Shown here one piece after another: positions 62,627 to 64,000 of a stretch of 64,000 nt of DNA (position 1 is the stretch's first letter; each line of letters begins with the position of its first letter). The stretch is from Pseudogymnoascus verrucosus (taxonomy: Eukaryota). The notes beneath the pieces were generated by a model, which was not told the origin of the DNA, ran no database searches, and worked only from the letters and a program-made list of their open reading frames with translations. The position numbers were made by a program, and so were the translations under genes. Location: the NCBI GenBank assembly GCA_001662655.1, contig KV460277.1. The stretch is one strand, 5' to 3'.

Positions 62627-64000
62627 TCACTCCTCCCCAGCGCCATCTTCCACATTGAACCTCTTTCGTCCGCCCCCTGTCAGGTTTTGCAGGGCTACCT
62701 TGTTCACCTGCTTTCCAACCTTCTTCTGCATCTTCTCGATCTCCTCCTCCGCGTCGACGGCATCCTCAGCCGCAAACTCGATTACCAACCGCCTACCCAG
62801 TAAATGAGTGTCTTTCAACGCCTCGATGGCATTCTCCGCTTCGCGAGCTGTCACAAACTCCGCGAAAGCAAAACCGCGAGCCGTGTTGTCAAATTTCTTA
62901 GGCACCCGAACCGACCGTAGTTGACCATAGGTCCCGAAAAGAGTCCTGATGTCTTTCTTGCTTGCCTCGAACGGCAAGTTCTTGACAATAATCTTGGTGC
63001 GCTTACCTGCCAACTTCTTGGCACGGTCTTCCTTCCTTCGCTCCTCTGCAGCATCGACGCCCCTGTGGGACGCCTTAATTGTGAGATTGTGACCATCAAG
63101 GCTATGACCATCCATAACCTTGAGGGCGGCGGCGGCCTGTGCTTTACTCCTGAACTCTAAAAATCCGAAACCCATGCTCAGCACTTGACCAGGTTTTTTC
63201 GGATCTGTCTTAGTGTTGACCCGTGCAGACATAAACCCATCTAGGGGTTTAAATGTCTCCGTCAGGCGATCAGAAGTGGTGTTGAAGCTAAGATTGCGAA
63301 CGAAAAGAGTGCTTGTGTCCGCACCAGTTTGGGCACTCTCCGGTCCCAGCAGATCGGATACCGAGAGCTTGGCATCGATCGATGTGCTTTTGGCATCGTT
63401 GGTTACATTCTTAATTTCAACATTTGCAGGCTGAGTGAACAGGTCTTTCGGTGCCTTCTCCAGGTAAATTACAGAGTCTTTCATACGACGGTACGCAAGA
63501 CTTGCAAACGCCGCCCTGGCTTGAGGGGCCTGAGCAAACTCGACAATGGCAATTGTCCCCGAAGGTGGCATCAGTACACGGATTACTGAACCAAACTCCT
63601 CGAACATCTTCCTTATTTCATCAATTGATGTGCCGTATGTGAAGTTTTTCACCAGAATTGTGGTATCGCCTCTCTCGCGCTTCTTGAATGCGTCCAGGTC
63701 GACGTTATTATTGGAAAAATAAGCCTTCGTTTCTTGAATAACCGATGTCTCCGCAATAGCTTGCTTGACACCTGCATCTGCCGAGGTAGGATCAAGAAGC
63801 TCTGACTTTGAGACACCAAGACGATCGGCGATCGAGGAGTTGACTGCATCCTGGTTCATGTACAGAGAATTCCAGTTGAAGGCGCTAGAGGTAGCCTCGG
63901 CTTTCTTCTTGATTAACCTTTGCTTCTTGAGGGGAAGTTTGGCGATCTCGAATTCATCAAGCTTCTTGTCTCTTTTCGCCGCTGCAGGCAGAATATGCAG
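62627..64000 (-). CDS. MRD1: Multiple-RRM ribosome biogenesis factor Mrd1/RBM19 (3' part; continues beyond the window)
   Basis: WNSLYMNQDAV, TTILVKNF, LFVRNLSF, LSMGFGFLEF, KIIVKNLPFEA, RGFAFAEF, THLLGRRLV. Confidence 0.95.
   Translation of the reverse strand: MHILPAAAKRDKKLDEFEIAKLPLKKQRLIKKKAEATSSAFNWNSLYMNQDAVNSSIADRLGVSKSELLDPTSADAGVKQAIAETSVIQETKAYFSNNNVDLDAFKKRERGDTTILVKNFTYGTSIDEIRKMFEEFGSVIRVLMPPSGTIAIVEFAQAPQARAAFASLAYRRMKDSVIYLEKAPKDLFTQPANVEIKNVTNDAKSTSIDAKLSVSDLLGPESAQTGADTSTLFVRNLSFNTTSDRLTETFKPLDGFMSARVNTKTDPKKPGQVLSMGFGFLEFRSKAQAAAALKVMDGHSLDGHNLTIKASHRGVDAAEERRKEDRAKKLAGKRTKIIVKNLPFEASKKDIRTLFGTYGQLRSVRVPKKFDNTARGFAFAEFVTAREAENAIEALKDTHLLGRRLVIEFAAEDAVDAEEEIEKMQKKVGKQVNKVALQNLTGGGRKRFNVEDGAGEE

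Overview
Eukaryotic DNA from a filamentous ascomycete, inferred from short GT-AG introns with CTRAC branch sites and RIP-type mutation; a Leotiomycete-like origin is my inference. Bases 1 to ~4650 are an AT-rich, RIP-degraded block of nested DNA transposons. It holds a scrambled Fot1/pogo transposase, four complete ~470-495 bp TA-flanked foldback MITEs plus one more MITE end, a Mutator-like end and a possible LTR. The rest is gene-dense, with about 24 mostly housekeeping genes (sterol glucosyltransferase-like GT with UIMs, Clr2, Sec61-beta, Psr1, WDR89, Hrd3, Sfr1/Mei5, an SRA-domain protein, Rpl20, Csn12, a BTB protein, Sds22, xylose reductase, Pxa1, Gcn5, Ost5, Rad1, an ankyrin protein, a conserved hypothetical, a 2OG-Fe oxygenase, FRG1, DNAJC11, a Zn2Cys6 TF, Mcr1, an AbaA-like TEA TF and partial Mrd1) and one RIP'd non-autonomous Mutator element with a 9-bp TSD. 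The most unusual observations are: (i) a MITE family built from interchangeable half-arms (L-R, L-L, R-R) around a palindrome at the element centre, with TIR type decoupled from arm type; (ii) TA-bounded inversions of the transposase, one of which rejoins exactly in frame; (iii) a 4-nt start-codon microexon and a long-range intron stem in RPL20; (iv) a candidate C/D snoRNA. Gene ends were assembled by eye across introns, so some start codons are uncertain.
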